From: an uncultured Gammaproteobacteria bacterium
GTDB lineage: Bacteria; Pseudomonadota; Gammaproteobacteria; Steroidobacterales; Steroidobacteraceae
Assembly (NCBI GenBank): GCA_963771665.1
Contig: CAVYUK010000004.1
Location: forward strand, 63,971-127,970
Length of the DNA: 64,000 nt
Direction of reading: 5' to 3'
Both the position numbers and the translations under genes were made by a program. Within the stretch, counting starts at the first letter, position 1. Each line of letters begins with the position of its first letter. Shown one piece after another: positions 21,001 to 28,456 of the stretch. The notes under the pieces are model-generated. The model made no database searches. It saw only the letters and a program-made list of their open reading frames with translations, and was not told where the DNA came from.

Positions 21001-22123
21001 GCTGTTGATTGAGGGCGGTACCGCAGCGGCCATCGACAGCGAGGTGTTTCCGGAAGGGACTGGCGGTGTGGGCGGCGCGGCCGGTTCCATCATCGTCGAC
21101 GTTGCCGGCAGCGCCATTCTGCAGAACGGTTCGAAGATATCGACGACTTCCTACGGTTCCGGACCTGCCGGTGACGTGAGCATCAGCGCCGGGACGCTGC
21201 TGCTGGGCGGCGGCAGCGTTCGATCCATCATCTCCAGCGGTGCGCGTGCGGGCTCCGGTGGTCAACCCGGAAACGTTTCGATCGATGCCGGCACGCTCGA
21301 GGTGCTGTCCAATGGATCCATCAACATTGCCGACAACGCGACGATCGCCAACCCGGGCAGCGTCAAACCGACGCAGATCAGCATTACGGCCGGACAGATT
21401 GATCTGAACGATGGTCTGATCACGGCCGCCTCCACCGGCAATGTGGCGGCCAGCGCCATCGACATCAGTTACTCCTCGGCACTGCGCATGGATCCGAGCA
21501 CCATCTCGACTTCATCGCAGGATGGCAACGGCGGTCCCATTACCATCACCGGCCAGGGTCCGCTGCTGATGGGACATTCGAGCATCACGACCTCCGTACT
21601 CGGCGCCACCAACGGCAACGGTGGCGACATCAGCATCGATGTCCCCGTGATCGCGCTGGACACCGGCTTCATACAGGCCAATACGTTTGCGCCGGTCGCC
21701 TCGGGTGGCACCATCCGGATCGACGCGCAGGCCCTGGTGCCCAGCGAGCAATCCTTCATCCTGGGCGGCAACGCGCTGTCCTTCGACTCGGCCGCGCAGG
21801 GGCTCAACGTCGTGCAGGCGGCCGCTCCGGATGGCTTGAGCGGGACACTCAGCGTGACGGTGCCCACATTGGATCTGGGCAATGCACTGCTGGGGCTGAC
21901 GGGCCGGCCCTCGACGCCCGCCGCGCTGGGGCGAAGCGCCTGCGGGTTCGACCGCGGCAGTGCTCTGGTGGTGACAGGTCGTGGCGGCGTCGCTGCTACG
22001 GCATACGATCCAATGTGGATTGACCCGATCAGCCCAGTCCGCCCGGCCCGCAGCTCTGACCGCAAGGTGTCGGCCATGCCCGGCAGCGGCATCGAGGCGG
22101 CAAGGTCTGCCCCCTGCCGATGA
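18062..22123 (+). CDS. two-partner-secretion exoprotein (TpsA) with filamentous-haemagglutinin N-terminal TPS domain and beta-helix repeats
   Basis: TPS blocks GNLFFSFQYFNV, ANVISRVTGG and DFFLINPSGVTF, then about 20 degenerate G-x-G-N-A-G-x-[IV]-x-[IV] repeats. GTG start 3 nt after the CHAT gene. Confidence 0.9.
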   Translation: MTVAENNKRAWAAGGAGLCLTLVSAAANSAGPAGIKLDGTLGGTAAALTGPNYNITQSLGRLSGGNLFFSFQYFNVATGETALFTTSSAGIANVISRVTGGYASSIDGTIRLQAASGRPDFFLINPSGVTFTSNAVVDVPAAFYVSTADYLKFPDGNFYVDPGKVSTLSAAAPEAFGFLGGARAPVAVLGGRLTGGSNGVGDFDITAGDVTIDGGGAQNGIYESSGEIRIAAVGNAAAEVPLSGPYSASDGSVTIRNGGLLWSEGVGATPGAGVSISAGSLLIDGAGAPNFTGVVAGDLGAPGPIDVTIANDAQIVNGGLIYSANSFAGAAAKVSLSAGTLTIDGANAAGTTGIESDALGNGAGADVQVSVKGQATIMGTGGIFTTTAGQGNAGDMVLSAGALSINATEPTQNPGLQSFTTGTGNAGAITVDVSGNVSLTGSAGILSYTEASGNAGAVSVQALGTLSMGGGSQIFSNNYSGSGNGGDVLVTGSALTIDAQASSGTTCICTTTETAGSGGSVTVRVGSLSIEGANSNLGFTGIETVADGAGSGGALRLEVVGQATISNGGFIYSGTSGQGNAGNIAVSAGNLLLQDVGNGNINTGIASNTFGAGASGSVQINSGALMLSAPAGTNPLATPVGISSSPESGSSGNGGNVTVDIAGPVSLNGPTVISTSTYSTGAAGQVSIDAQGAVSLLGGGLISSESFAAGAGNAGSVTLNAAALDIEGRGSAFETGVAADTSGTGSAGDVTVHVGTLSIDGGSGTGEADIEAFTNGSGAGGQIQIMVARNATIADGGLIYTNAYAQGNAGSITLSAGNLTIDAHPNGSNYATGISADTYGPGNAGSIQISSGSLTVSSYSGSLLPIVISSDALAGSTGNAGAVNIFVDGDMLFTGNSSVSSNSYSSGNAGRVNVNAAGSISLLDGAYISSIANAATGNAGDISVAASALNIEGTSTGLTGISTESYGTGNSGSIQVHVGSLLIEGGTAAAIDSEVFPEGTGGVGGAAGSIIVDVAGSAILQNGSKISTTSYGSGPAGDVSISAGTLLLGGGSVRSIISSGARAGSGGQPGNVSIDAGTLEVLSNGSINIADNATIANPGSVKPTQISITAGQIDLNDGLITAASTGNVAASAIDISYSSALRMDPSTISTSSQDGNGGPITITGQGPLLMGHSSITTSVLGATNGNGGDISIDVPVIALDTGFIQANTFAPVASGGTIRIDAQALVPSEQSFILGGNALSFDSAAQGLNVVQAAAPDGLSGTLSVTVPTLDLGNALLGLTGRPSTPAALGRSACGFDRGSALVVTGRGGVAATAYDPMWIDPISPVRPARSSDRKVSAMPGSGIEAARSAPCR

Positions 22124-22131
22124 TCGCCTGA

Positions 22132-23793
22132 ATGATCGGTGCGCGCACGACCGGGCGCCGTGGCTGGCTGTCAGCGCTATTCATCTGCAATCTCGCCTGT
22201 GCGGCCGCTTTTAGCGCACAGGCTGAGCGCCCTGCGGGCAGCGCGCCATTTGAGCTGCCACCGGTGCCAGAGACCAGGCAAGGTACGGATTCGATCAGTG
22301 GGCAGGTACAAGTTGATCGCATTGCGTTTCGCGGTAATCGTGTGATCCACACCGATGCACTGGCGGCAGTGGCCGCGCCCTTTCTGGGTCGAGAGCTCAG
22401 CGTCGCCGATGTGGAGACGCTGCGGACGGCGCTGACGCACCGTTATACCGATCATGGCTATATCAACTCGGGCGTGGTGCTCGACCCGGAGTCTCCCTAT
22501 CACGACGGCCTGCTGAGTTTTCTGGTTATCGAAGGTCGAATCCACCAGGTGCGCGTTCACGGCCAGAAGCGCCTGCGCGCGGCCTACATAGCGAATCGGA
22601 TGCGACAGAGCGAGGAGGAGACGCTGGATGTCAACCTGCTGCGCGAACGCTTCCAGCGTCTGCTGGATGATCCGCTGTTCGTGCGCGTGAATTCGCGTAT
22701 CGAACCCGGCCCGGACCTCGGCGAGGCCATTCTCGATGTCGATGTCGTCCGCGCGCGTCCCTATACATTGGCGTTTGCGCTCAACAACTATCGTCCGCCT
22801 TCCATCGGCGAGAAAGCATATGACCTGAGCGGGGAAGTACGGAATCTGACCGGCTTCGGCGATGTGGTGAATGCGGATTTCACCGGGCCGCTGAACTTCA
22901 CAGGCGGGGTTGGCTACAGCTTCGGCTGGCAGCTTTCGCTCAATCGCTATGGCACGGCTGTGGCGATTTCGGCGCAGCGAGCGGAGACTGTTGTGACCGA
23001 GGAGCCGCTGTCAGTGCTGGACATTCGCAGCACCATCGAGCGCCAGGAACTGAAACTGACCCAACCGCTGTGGACCTCACTGAGCCAGCAGTTCACCCTT
23101 GGCGCCAGCATTGCGCACGAAGAGAATTCGACCGTGCTGGATGGCACACCGTTCTCATTCCTTCCCGGCTCCAACAACGGCGTTACCCGGGCGATCACCG
23201 AGCGGGTGATTCCGGACTACAGCTTCCGCTCGCCGCAACAGTACTGGGGCGTCCGCGTAACGCTGTTACACGCGTACCTGCTCGATTATCCATCGGGCCC
23301 GGTGTCGTATGCTCTTCCCAATCAGCAGTATTTCCTCTGGACCGGCCAGGTACACAATCTCTGGGAGATTCCAGGCGTGCCGTTCGAATTGGAATCGCGC
23401 GCGACTTTGCAGCGCACCAGTGCGCGCATTTCCGATCTGCACACGCTGGCACTCGGCGGCATCGGCTCGGTACGCGGATTCCGGGAAAATGAGTTGCTGG
23501 CTTCCAATGTCGACAATCTGAATTTCGACTTCCGGTGGCTGGCCTCGCCGGCCGCCCGCGGCGCGGTTCCGGGTCTGACGCTGGGGACCTTTTTTGACTG
23601 GGCGGAGGGCCACGATGTCGGACAGCCTACCGATACGCTTTCGTCGGTCGGCCTGACGACGAGACTGCGCTGGCCGCATCTCCAGGTGGATTTTGCCTAC
23701 GGGTTGCGGCTGATTCATCCGGGCTTTACCGAGCAGGAGCATGGCAGCTGGCAGGACCATGGGATTCATGCGCAGATTCAGACGGTGCTCTGA
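22132..23793 (+). CDS. ShlB/FhaC/HecB-type TpsB outer-membrane transporter
   Basis: Signal peptide, a POTRA-like region (IAFRGNRVIHTDAL..., YTDHGYINSGV), a beta-barrel body and C-terminal GSVRGF. Starts 8 nt after tpsA. Confidence 0.9.
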   Translation: MIGARTTGRRGWLSALFICNLACAAAFSAQAERPAGSAPFELPPVPETRQGTDSISGQVQVDRIAFRGNRVIHTDALAAVAAPFLGRELSVADVETLRTALTHRYTDHGYINSGVVLDPESPYHDGLLSFLVIEGRIHQVRVHGQKRLRAAYIANRMRQSEEETLDVNLLRERFQRLLDDPLFVRVNSRIEPGPDLGEAILDVDVVRARPYTLAFALNNYRPPSIGEKAYDLSGEVRNLTGFGDVVNADFTGPLNFTGGVGYSFGWQLSLNRYGTAVAISAQRAETVVTEEPLSVLDIRSTIERQELKLTQPLWTSLSQQFTLGASIAHEENSTVLDGTPFSFLPGSNNGVTRAITERVIPDYSFRSPQQYWGVRVTLLHAYLLDYPSGPVSYALPNQQYFLWTGQVHNLWEIPGVPFELESRATLQRTSARISDLHTLALGGIGSVRGFRENELLASNVDNLNFDFRWLASPAARGAVPGLTLGTFFDWAEGHDVGQPTDTLSSVGLTTRLRWPHLQVDFAYGLRLIHPGFTEQEHGSWQDHGIHAQIQTVL

Positions 23794-23813
23794 TTTAACG
23801 GGGGAGAACGGTA

Positions 23814-24728
23814 ATGAAGATTTTTGTCGCAGTGGCGCTTCTGGGCCCGGTACTCAATGCGCTGGCGGCTACGCAGCCGGATTGTGCATCCGGTGAGCGC
23901 TATCTTGCCGCGGCACACGAGAAGGCCTCGGCCTCGGAGTTCAGCGACGCAGCTGACCTGGCGCAGCGCGCGGTGGAGGCCTGTCCGAGTTATGAGGGCT
24001 ATGAATCACTGGGTGAAGCTCAGGCGCAGTCCCTGAACCGTGCCGATCATGCGCACGCCGTCGACGCGTTCGTGTCGGCCCACGAACTTGCCTCGACCGA
24101 CCCGGAACGTGCCCGCACACTGTATGAATATGCGCGACTGCTGAACCTGGATGGTGATCCACAGAATGCGTACCCGCTCATCAAGGATGCCAGGGCGCTC
24201 GAGCCCGACAACGCCGACATCACCGCCTTATCGGGCAAGATCGAGCAGCGCATCAATAATCCCACCAAGGAACAGATCGTGCGGGGCCTGTGGGATTCCA
24301 TGTACAAGCCATTACGGGTGGCTTCGGCAAAGCCGCAGCACCCTGCAAGCGGAGCATCCCAGGTCGAGGCGGTCCACAATGACGCGCCGTCGGTCAATAT
24401 CCCGATCAACTTCGAAGTCGGTACCACCACCGTGGACGAGCGAACCCGCGCCAATATCGCGATACTCGCCGGCGCGCTCTCGGATCCCGCCAATGCCCAG
24501 CAACATTTCATCTTTGTGGGGCACGCGGATGTCCGCGGGGTCGAACCGAACAATGTCACGCTGTCGAAGCGTCGCGCCGAAGCTCTCAGTCAAGCCGTGG
24601 TGCTGCTGCAACCTTCGCTACAGGGACGCATCGAGGCCATTGGACGTGGCTCCTCCGAGCCGATTGATCAGGGCCACGACGAGAATGCTTATCGCGCCAA
24701 TCGTAGGCTGCAGGTGCTGCTCAAATAA
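23814..24728 (+). CDS. TPR + OmpA-C-like (peptidoglycan-binding) protein
   Basis: Signal peptide and an N-terminal helical repeat. C-terminal OmpA block FVGHADVRGVEPNNVTLSKRRAEAL...NRRLQVLL. Confidence 0.85.
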   Translation: MKIFVAVALLGPVLNALAATQPDCASGERYLAAAHEKASASEFSDAADLAQRAVEACPSYEGYESLGEAQAQSLNRADHAHAVDAFVSAHELASTDPERARTLYEYARLLNLDGDPQNAYPLIKDARALEPDNADITALSGKIEQRINNPTKEQIVRGLWDSMYKPLRVASAKPQHPASGASQVEAVHNDAPSVNIPINFEVGTTTVDERTRANIAILAGALSDPANAQQHFIFVGHADVRGVEPNNVTLSKRRAEALSQAVVLLQPSLQGRIEAIGRGSSEPIDQGHDENAYRANRRLQVLLK

Positions 24729-24745
24729 TCCGATGGCGCAGTCGT

Positions 24746-26380
24746 TCAATGGGGGCATCCGTCCCGGCGCGCGTATTCGCCGGCGACCTCGGCCCAGCCC
24801 TGCCTGGCGGCGAGTGCCAGGCTGCGACAGTAGTCCTGGTAAAGCGGATCCGCGGTTGATACAGCCCGACCGGCAGCATTGATCGATTCGCGAAACGATG
24901 CAGCCAGGACGAAGCTTGCCATCGCGTCGCCCGACTTGGATGCGGTGAGCAGTGATTGCGTCACCTGCGAGCGGCTGATGTGTCCCGACTGGACGCTGCC
25001 GATCAGCAGCGACGCCACTGCCGCCCTCGCATCGCCGAAGCGGCGGAGCATTTCGGTGTTCTTCGAAAGCGCCTCGAATGCCGCGGCCTGACCGGTCTGC
25101 TGCAGCCGCTTTGCCTGCAATACCGTGGCAAGCGTCGGCTCGGTGACGCTGGACAGATCCTGCGGAGTGAGCGCCGCCGCATCGGCCAGTTTCAGAAATC
25201 GCTGTTCCTCATCAAAGCTGGGCAGACGCGTGGCCTCGAGCACGAAACTGACCGGCTCCGGATCGGTGCCGGACCCCACGGTCAGGTGCCGGACTTCGCC
25301 GTAATAGCCGCCTGCCACGGCCACGACATCGTGACCGCCGGCGCCCAGCTCAACCGCCTGCCCGGAGAACGGTCTGGCATCGACGAAAATTGTTGCGCCG
25401 GATGGCAGGCGCGCAATGGGGACGGCGACTGTTGCGGTCGCGGGAGCGGATGCTGCCGGGGAATGCCGCAGCAGCCCGTTACGCCACGCCACCGCCCCCA
25501 GCACGACCGCAATCGCGGCGGCGGAGGCAATCACGGCGACCACTCCCGGGCGCATGTGCCCGCCAGCCGTTGCGCGACGTTCGTGGGCCTGTAGTAGGTC
25601 GCGACACTCCGCCGCGGAAGGACGAGCTGCAGGCTCGGAAGCCAGGCAGCGAGCCACCAATTCCCCCAGGTCCCTGCCGAGAACGCGCACGATGGGGCGT
25701 GCATCGCTGTGGTTCCGAATGGGGTGAATCCTCGGAAGTTCTCCAGTCAGCATCTCGTGCAAAACCAGACCGAAGCTATAGATGTCGATTCGATCGGTGA
25801 TGGCTTCGCCCAGGGCCTGTTCAGGGGCCATATAGCGCACGTTGCCTACCACCAGTCCGACGGCGGTCTGCGATCCCTGTGTCGCCTGTGATTTGGCGAC
25901 GCCGAAGTCGGAAAGTACCGGGGCGCCGTTTTCGCGCAACAGAACGTTGCGGGGTTTGAAGTCGCGATGAATCACGTCACGTGCATGCGCGTACGCCAGG
26001 GCGTCAGCCAGCTTTGAGGCAAGCGCGACCGAGGTCGCTGGGGCCAACCTGGTCGAGGTCATCAGATCGAACAGTGCACCGCCGGCCACGTATTCCATGA
26101 CGATGTACTGCTTGCCATCGACCCAGCCGCTGGTGTGCACCGTTACGATGTTCGGATGCTGGAAAGCGGCGACGGTCAGCGCCTCCCGCGTGAAACGCTT
26201 CTGGTAGTCGGGATCGTCGGTGAATTCGGGATGAATGACCTTGATGGCAACCTGTCGCTGCAGCGTCAGGTCTTCCGCAAGGTAGACGGCGCCCATGCCG
26301 CCACGCTCGATCAGTTGCAGCACACGATATCCGGGAATGGCCTCAATCGAGGCAGCGCCAACTATATTCGTGGCAGTCAC
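24746..26380 (-). CDS. transmembrane Ser/Thr protein kinase with PEGA-like and Sel1-like extracytoplasmic region
   Basis: Hanks motifs GGMGAVYLA, VAIK, HRDFKPRNVL, SDFG and MAPE. One TM helix (VVAVIASAAAIAVVLGAVAW). PEGA-like stretch GATIFVDARPF..GGHDVVAV. Confidence 0.9.
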   Translation of the reverse strand: MTATNIVGAASIEAIPGYRVLQLIERGGMGAVYLAEDLTLQRQVAIKVIHPEFTDDPDYQKRFTREALTVAAFQHPNIVTVHTSGWVDGKQYIVMEYVAGGALFDLMTSTRLAPATSVALASKLADALAYAHARDVIHRDFKPRNVLLRENGAPVLSDFGVAKSQATQGSQTAVGLVVGNVRYMAPEQALGEAITDRIDIYSFGLVLHEMLTGELPRIHPIRNHSDARPIVRVLGRDLGELVARCLASEPAARPSAAECRDLLQAHERRATAGGHMRPGVVAVIASAAAIAVVLGAVAWRNGLLRHSPAASAPATATVAVPIARLPSGATIFVDARPFSGQAVELGAGGHDVVAVAGGYYGEVRHLTVGSGTDPEPVSFVLEATRLPSFDEEQRFLKLADAAALTPQDLSSVTEPTLATVLQAKRLQQTGQAAAFEALSKNTEMLRRFGDARAAVASLLIGSVQSGHISRSQVTQSLLTASKSGDAMASFVLAASFRESINAAGRAVSTADPLYQDYCRSLALAARQGWAEVAGEYARRDGCPH

Positions 26381-26461
26381 AGAAGCAGCATCGGCAGCAT
26401 CCTAACCGGGCCTGGAACCCTTCAGTGCGCTGCGTCGGCCATCAGGCCGCTTGCCGGAGAC

Positions 26462-26986
26462 TTACTGGGCCAGCGATACCATGTAGTCGACGCCCTGCTT
26501 GACCAGATCGTCCGGCAGATCGGTGCGGCCGCCCTTGGCGGGCATGGCGCCGGTCTTGCCGTTGTATCCCTGCAGCGCATGTTGGTAGAGCGTCGGCTTG
26601 CCCTGCGCGATGCGCGGTCCCCACGCAGCCTTGTCACCGGCCTTGGGAGCACCCGCGATACCGGCGCCGTGGCAGACGCTGCAAACCGCCTCGAACAGCG
26701 ACTTGCCGTCCTTGGGCACAGCCATCGCGGTCGTGGCCGCCGCCCCGGCAGGGGCCTTGATGGCGAGCGCCGAGTTGTCCTGGCCGGCAACGGCTTCCTG
26801 GCCCGCGGGCGCGACCCGCTCGAGCACGCTGTTGACGTAGGCCGGGTCGGCGTAGACGTCTCGGGATTCTGTGCGCGCGGCTACCGTCCGGGCAAGGAAC
26901 AGCAGTCCGAGGGCCACTGCCACCAGGATGCCGATGACGAGACTGAAGACGTTGACAAACTGCGAGTCGTTTTTGTTCACGGGCAC
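26462..26986 (-). CDS. membrane-anchored class I c-type cytochrome (c5-like)
   Basis: N-terminal TM anchor and a single CSVCHGAGIAGAPK haem motif, then MPAKGG. Confidence 0.75.
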   Translation of the reverse strand: MPVNKNDSQFVNVFSLVIGILVAVALGLLFLARTVAARTESRDVYADPAYVNSVLERVAPAGQEAVAGQDNSALAIKAPAGAAATTAMAVPKDGKSLFEAVCSVCHGAGIAGAPKAGDKAAWGPRIAQGKPTLYQHALQGYNGKTGAMPAKGGRTDLPDDLVKQGVDYMVSLAQ

Positions 26987-27044
26987 CGAGACCGGTTATT
27001 GGGGGCGGCAGGTGCGCATGATAAACGGGCCGGCGATAAAGGTG

Positions 27045-27731
27045 CTAGAGCGCGTGGCGAAAGGTCAGGTTGATTCGGCAGCGTCCCAGCGCGGGATGCT
27101 GGCCCTCGGCCAGTGGCTGCACACCATGGAACGCCAGGCGCTGCGCACCGCCCCAGACCACGACATCGGCGTGGAACAGCGGCACGCGCTGCACGGGGTC
27201 GTCGCGCAGCATGCCGCCGAACAGGAACACGGCCGGTAATCCGAGCGAGACGGATACCACGGGGCAGGACATATCGCGCTCGTTGCGATCCTGGTGCAGC
27301 GATAAGCGTGCGCCGGGCTCGTAGCGATTCACCAGGCAGGCATCGGGAGCGAAATGCGCAAAGCCCGCTCGAGCCGCGGCCCTTGCGGCCAGCTCACTCC
27401 AGCGCGCCGGCATCGAGGGCCACGGCCGGCCGCTGCAGGGATCGAGGCTCTGGTAGCGATAGCCGCCGCGATCGGACACCCAGCCTGCACGCCCGCAGTT
27501 GGTCATGGCGACGGACATGCGCTGGCCGCCCGGGGTCTGCATGTGGCGCCAGGGATTGGTGGCGATCAGTGCCTGGACGTCCGCGCACAGCATGGCCGCG
27601 TCGGCAGTTGCAAACCCCGGCAGCACGACAGCCTCCGGCCCGATGCGCTCGAAGGCTTCGCGCGGCAGCAGGTCGCGCGTTGCCAGATCGTGGGCCGGCG
27701 CCCGGGTGGCACTAGAACCGCTCATAAGCAT
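27045..27731 (-). CDS. alkB: alpha-ketoglutarate-dependent DNA dioxygenase AlkB
   Basis: LSLHQDRNE (HxD), RLAFHGV and RINLTFR. The ATG overlaps the upstream stop (TAATG). Confidence 0.9.
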   Translation of the reverse strand: MLMSGSSATRAPAHDLATRDLLPREAFERIGPEAVVLPGFATADAAMLCADVQALIATNPWRHMQTPGGQRMSVAMTNCGRAGWVSDRGGYRYQSLDPCSGRPWPSMPARWSELAARAAARAGFAHFAPDACLVNRYEPGARLSLHQDRNERDMSCPVVSVSLGLPAVFLFGGMLRDDPVQRVPLFHADVVVWGGAQRLAFHGVQPLAEGQHPALGRCRINLTFRHAL

Positions 27732-28456
27732 TACGTTGCATCGTGAAAAATCACTCCCAGCGTATATCGCATGCCCAGCCGGAGACGACTCACCCCATGG
27801 CGCATAGCGACTCGATAAATTCCGCGCGTGCCCTGCATCGGCCGGTGATTCACGGCGAAGATCACCGCGTCCCCCCGGCGCAGCGGCACGACCTCGGCGC
27901 GCGACTGCGCGCGCGGCCGCTGCTCGGTCAGCACGAACTCGCCGCCCTCGAAATCCTTTCCAGGATCAGACAGAAGCACGGTCGCCTGCAGTGGAAACAC
28001 ATGCTCGCCGTAGAGGTCCTGATGCAGGCAGTTGTAGTCGCCGGCTGCGTAACGCAGCAGCAGCGGAGTCGGCTTGCTCTGGCCTGCCGCGTGGCACTCG
28101 TCGAGATACTCCGCCAGCGTCGCGGGGTAACGCGCCGTGGATTTGAGCAAGCCGCTCCAGCGATTGGCGATCGGCGCCAGCGACTCATAGAGCCGCGTGC
28201 GCAGCGCCTGAACCGGTGCCGGCAGAGGGTAGCGGAAGTACTGGTACTCCCCGCGACCGAAGCCGTGACGCTGCATGATCACGCGACTGCGAAACGCCTC
28301 TGCGCTGGCGTAGCCATCGATGAGTTGCGCGCATTGTTCATCGTTCAGTAGTGCCGGGATCACGGCGGCGCCGCGCGCGTCGAGCTCCGCAGCGAACTCC
28401 GCCTCTGGCGCAGATGCCAACGGCGCGGTGACCGATTCGGCGAGCACGGCATTCAC
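27731..28456 (-). CDS. uncharacterised 2OG-Fe(II) oxygenase encoded inside the ada operon
   Basis: HxD in NCLHQDLYG, distal His in VAMRHGVS. GTG start overlaps the ada stop (GTGA). Confidence 0.75.
   Translation of the reverse strand: MNAVLAESVTAPLASAPEAEFAAELDARGAAVIPALLNDEQCAQLIDGYASAEAFRSRVIMQRHGFGRGEYQYFRYPLPAPVQALRTRLYESLAPIANRWSGLLKSTARYPATLAEYLDECHAAGQSKPTPLLLRYAAGDYNCLHQDLYGEHVFPLQATVLLSDPGKDFEGGEFVLTEQRPRAQSRAEVVPLRRGDAVIFAVNHRPMQGTRGIYRVAMRHGVSRLRLGMRYTLGVIFHDAT

Noticed and set aside
18700-21500. Periodic repeats in the TpsA gene as a possible CRISPR array or DNA tandem repeat
   Set aside because: The periodicity is at the protein level (degenerate GNAG beta-helix units). The DNA copies are divergent, there are no spacer-repeat units of constant length, and the whole region is one continuous ORF.
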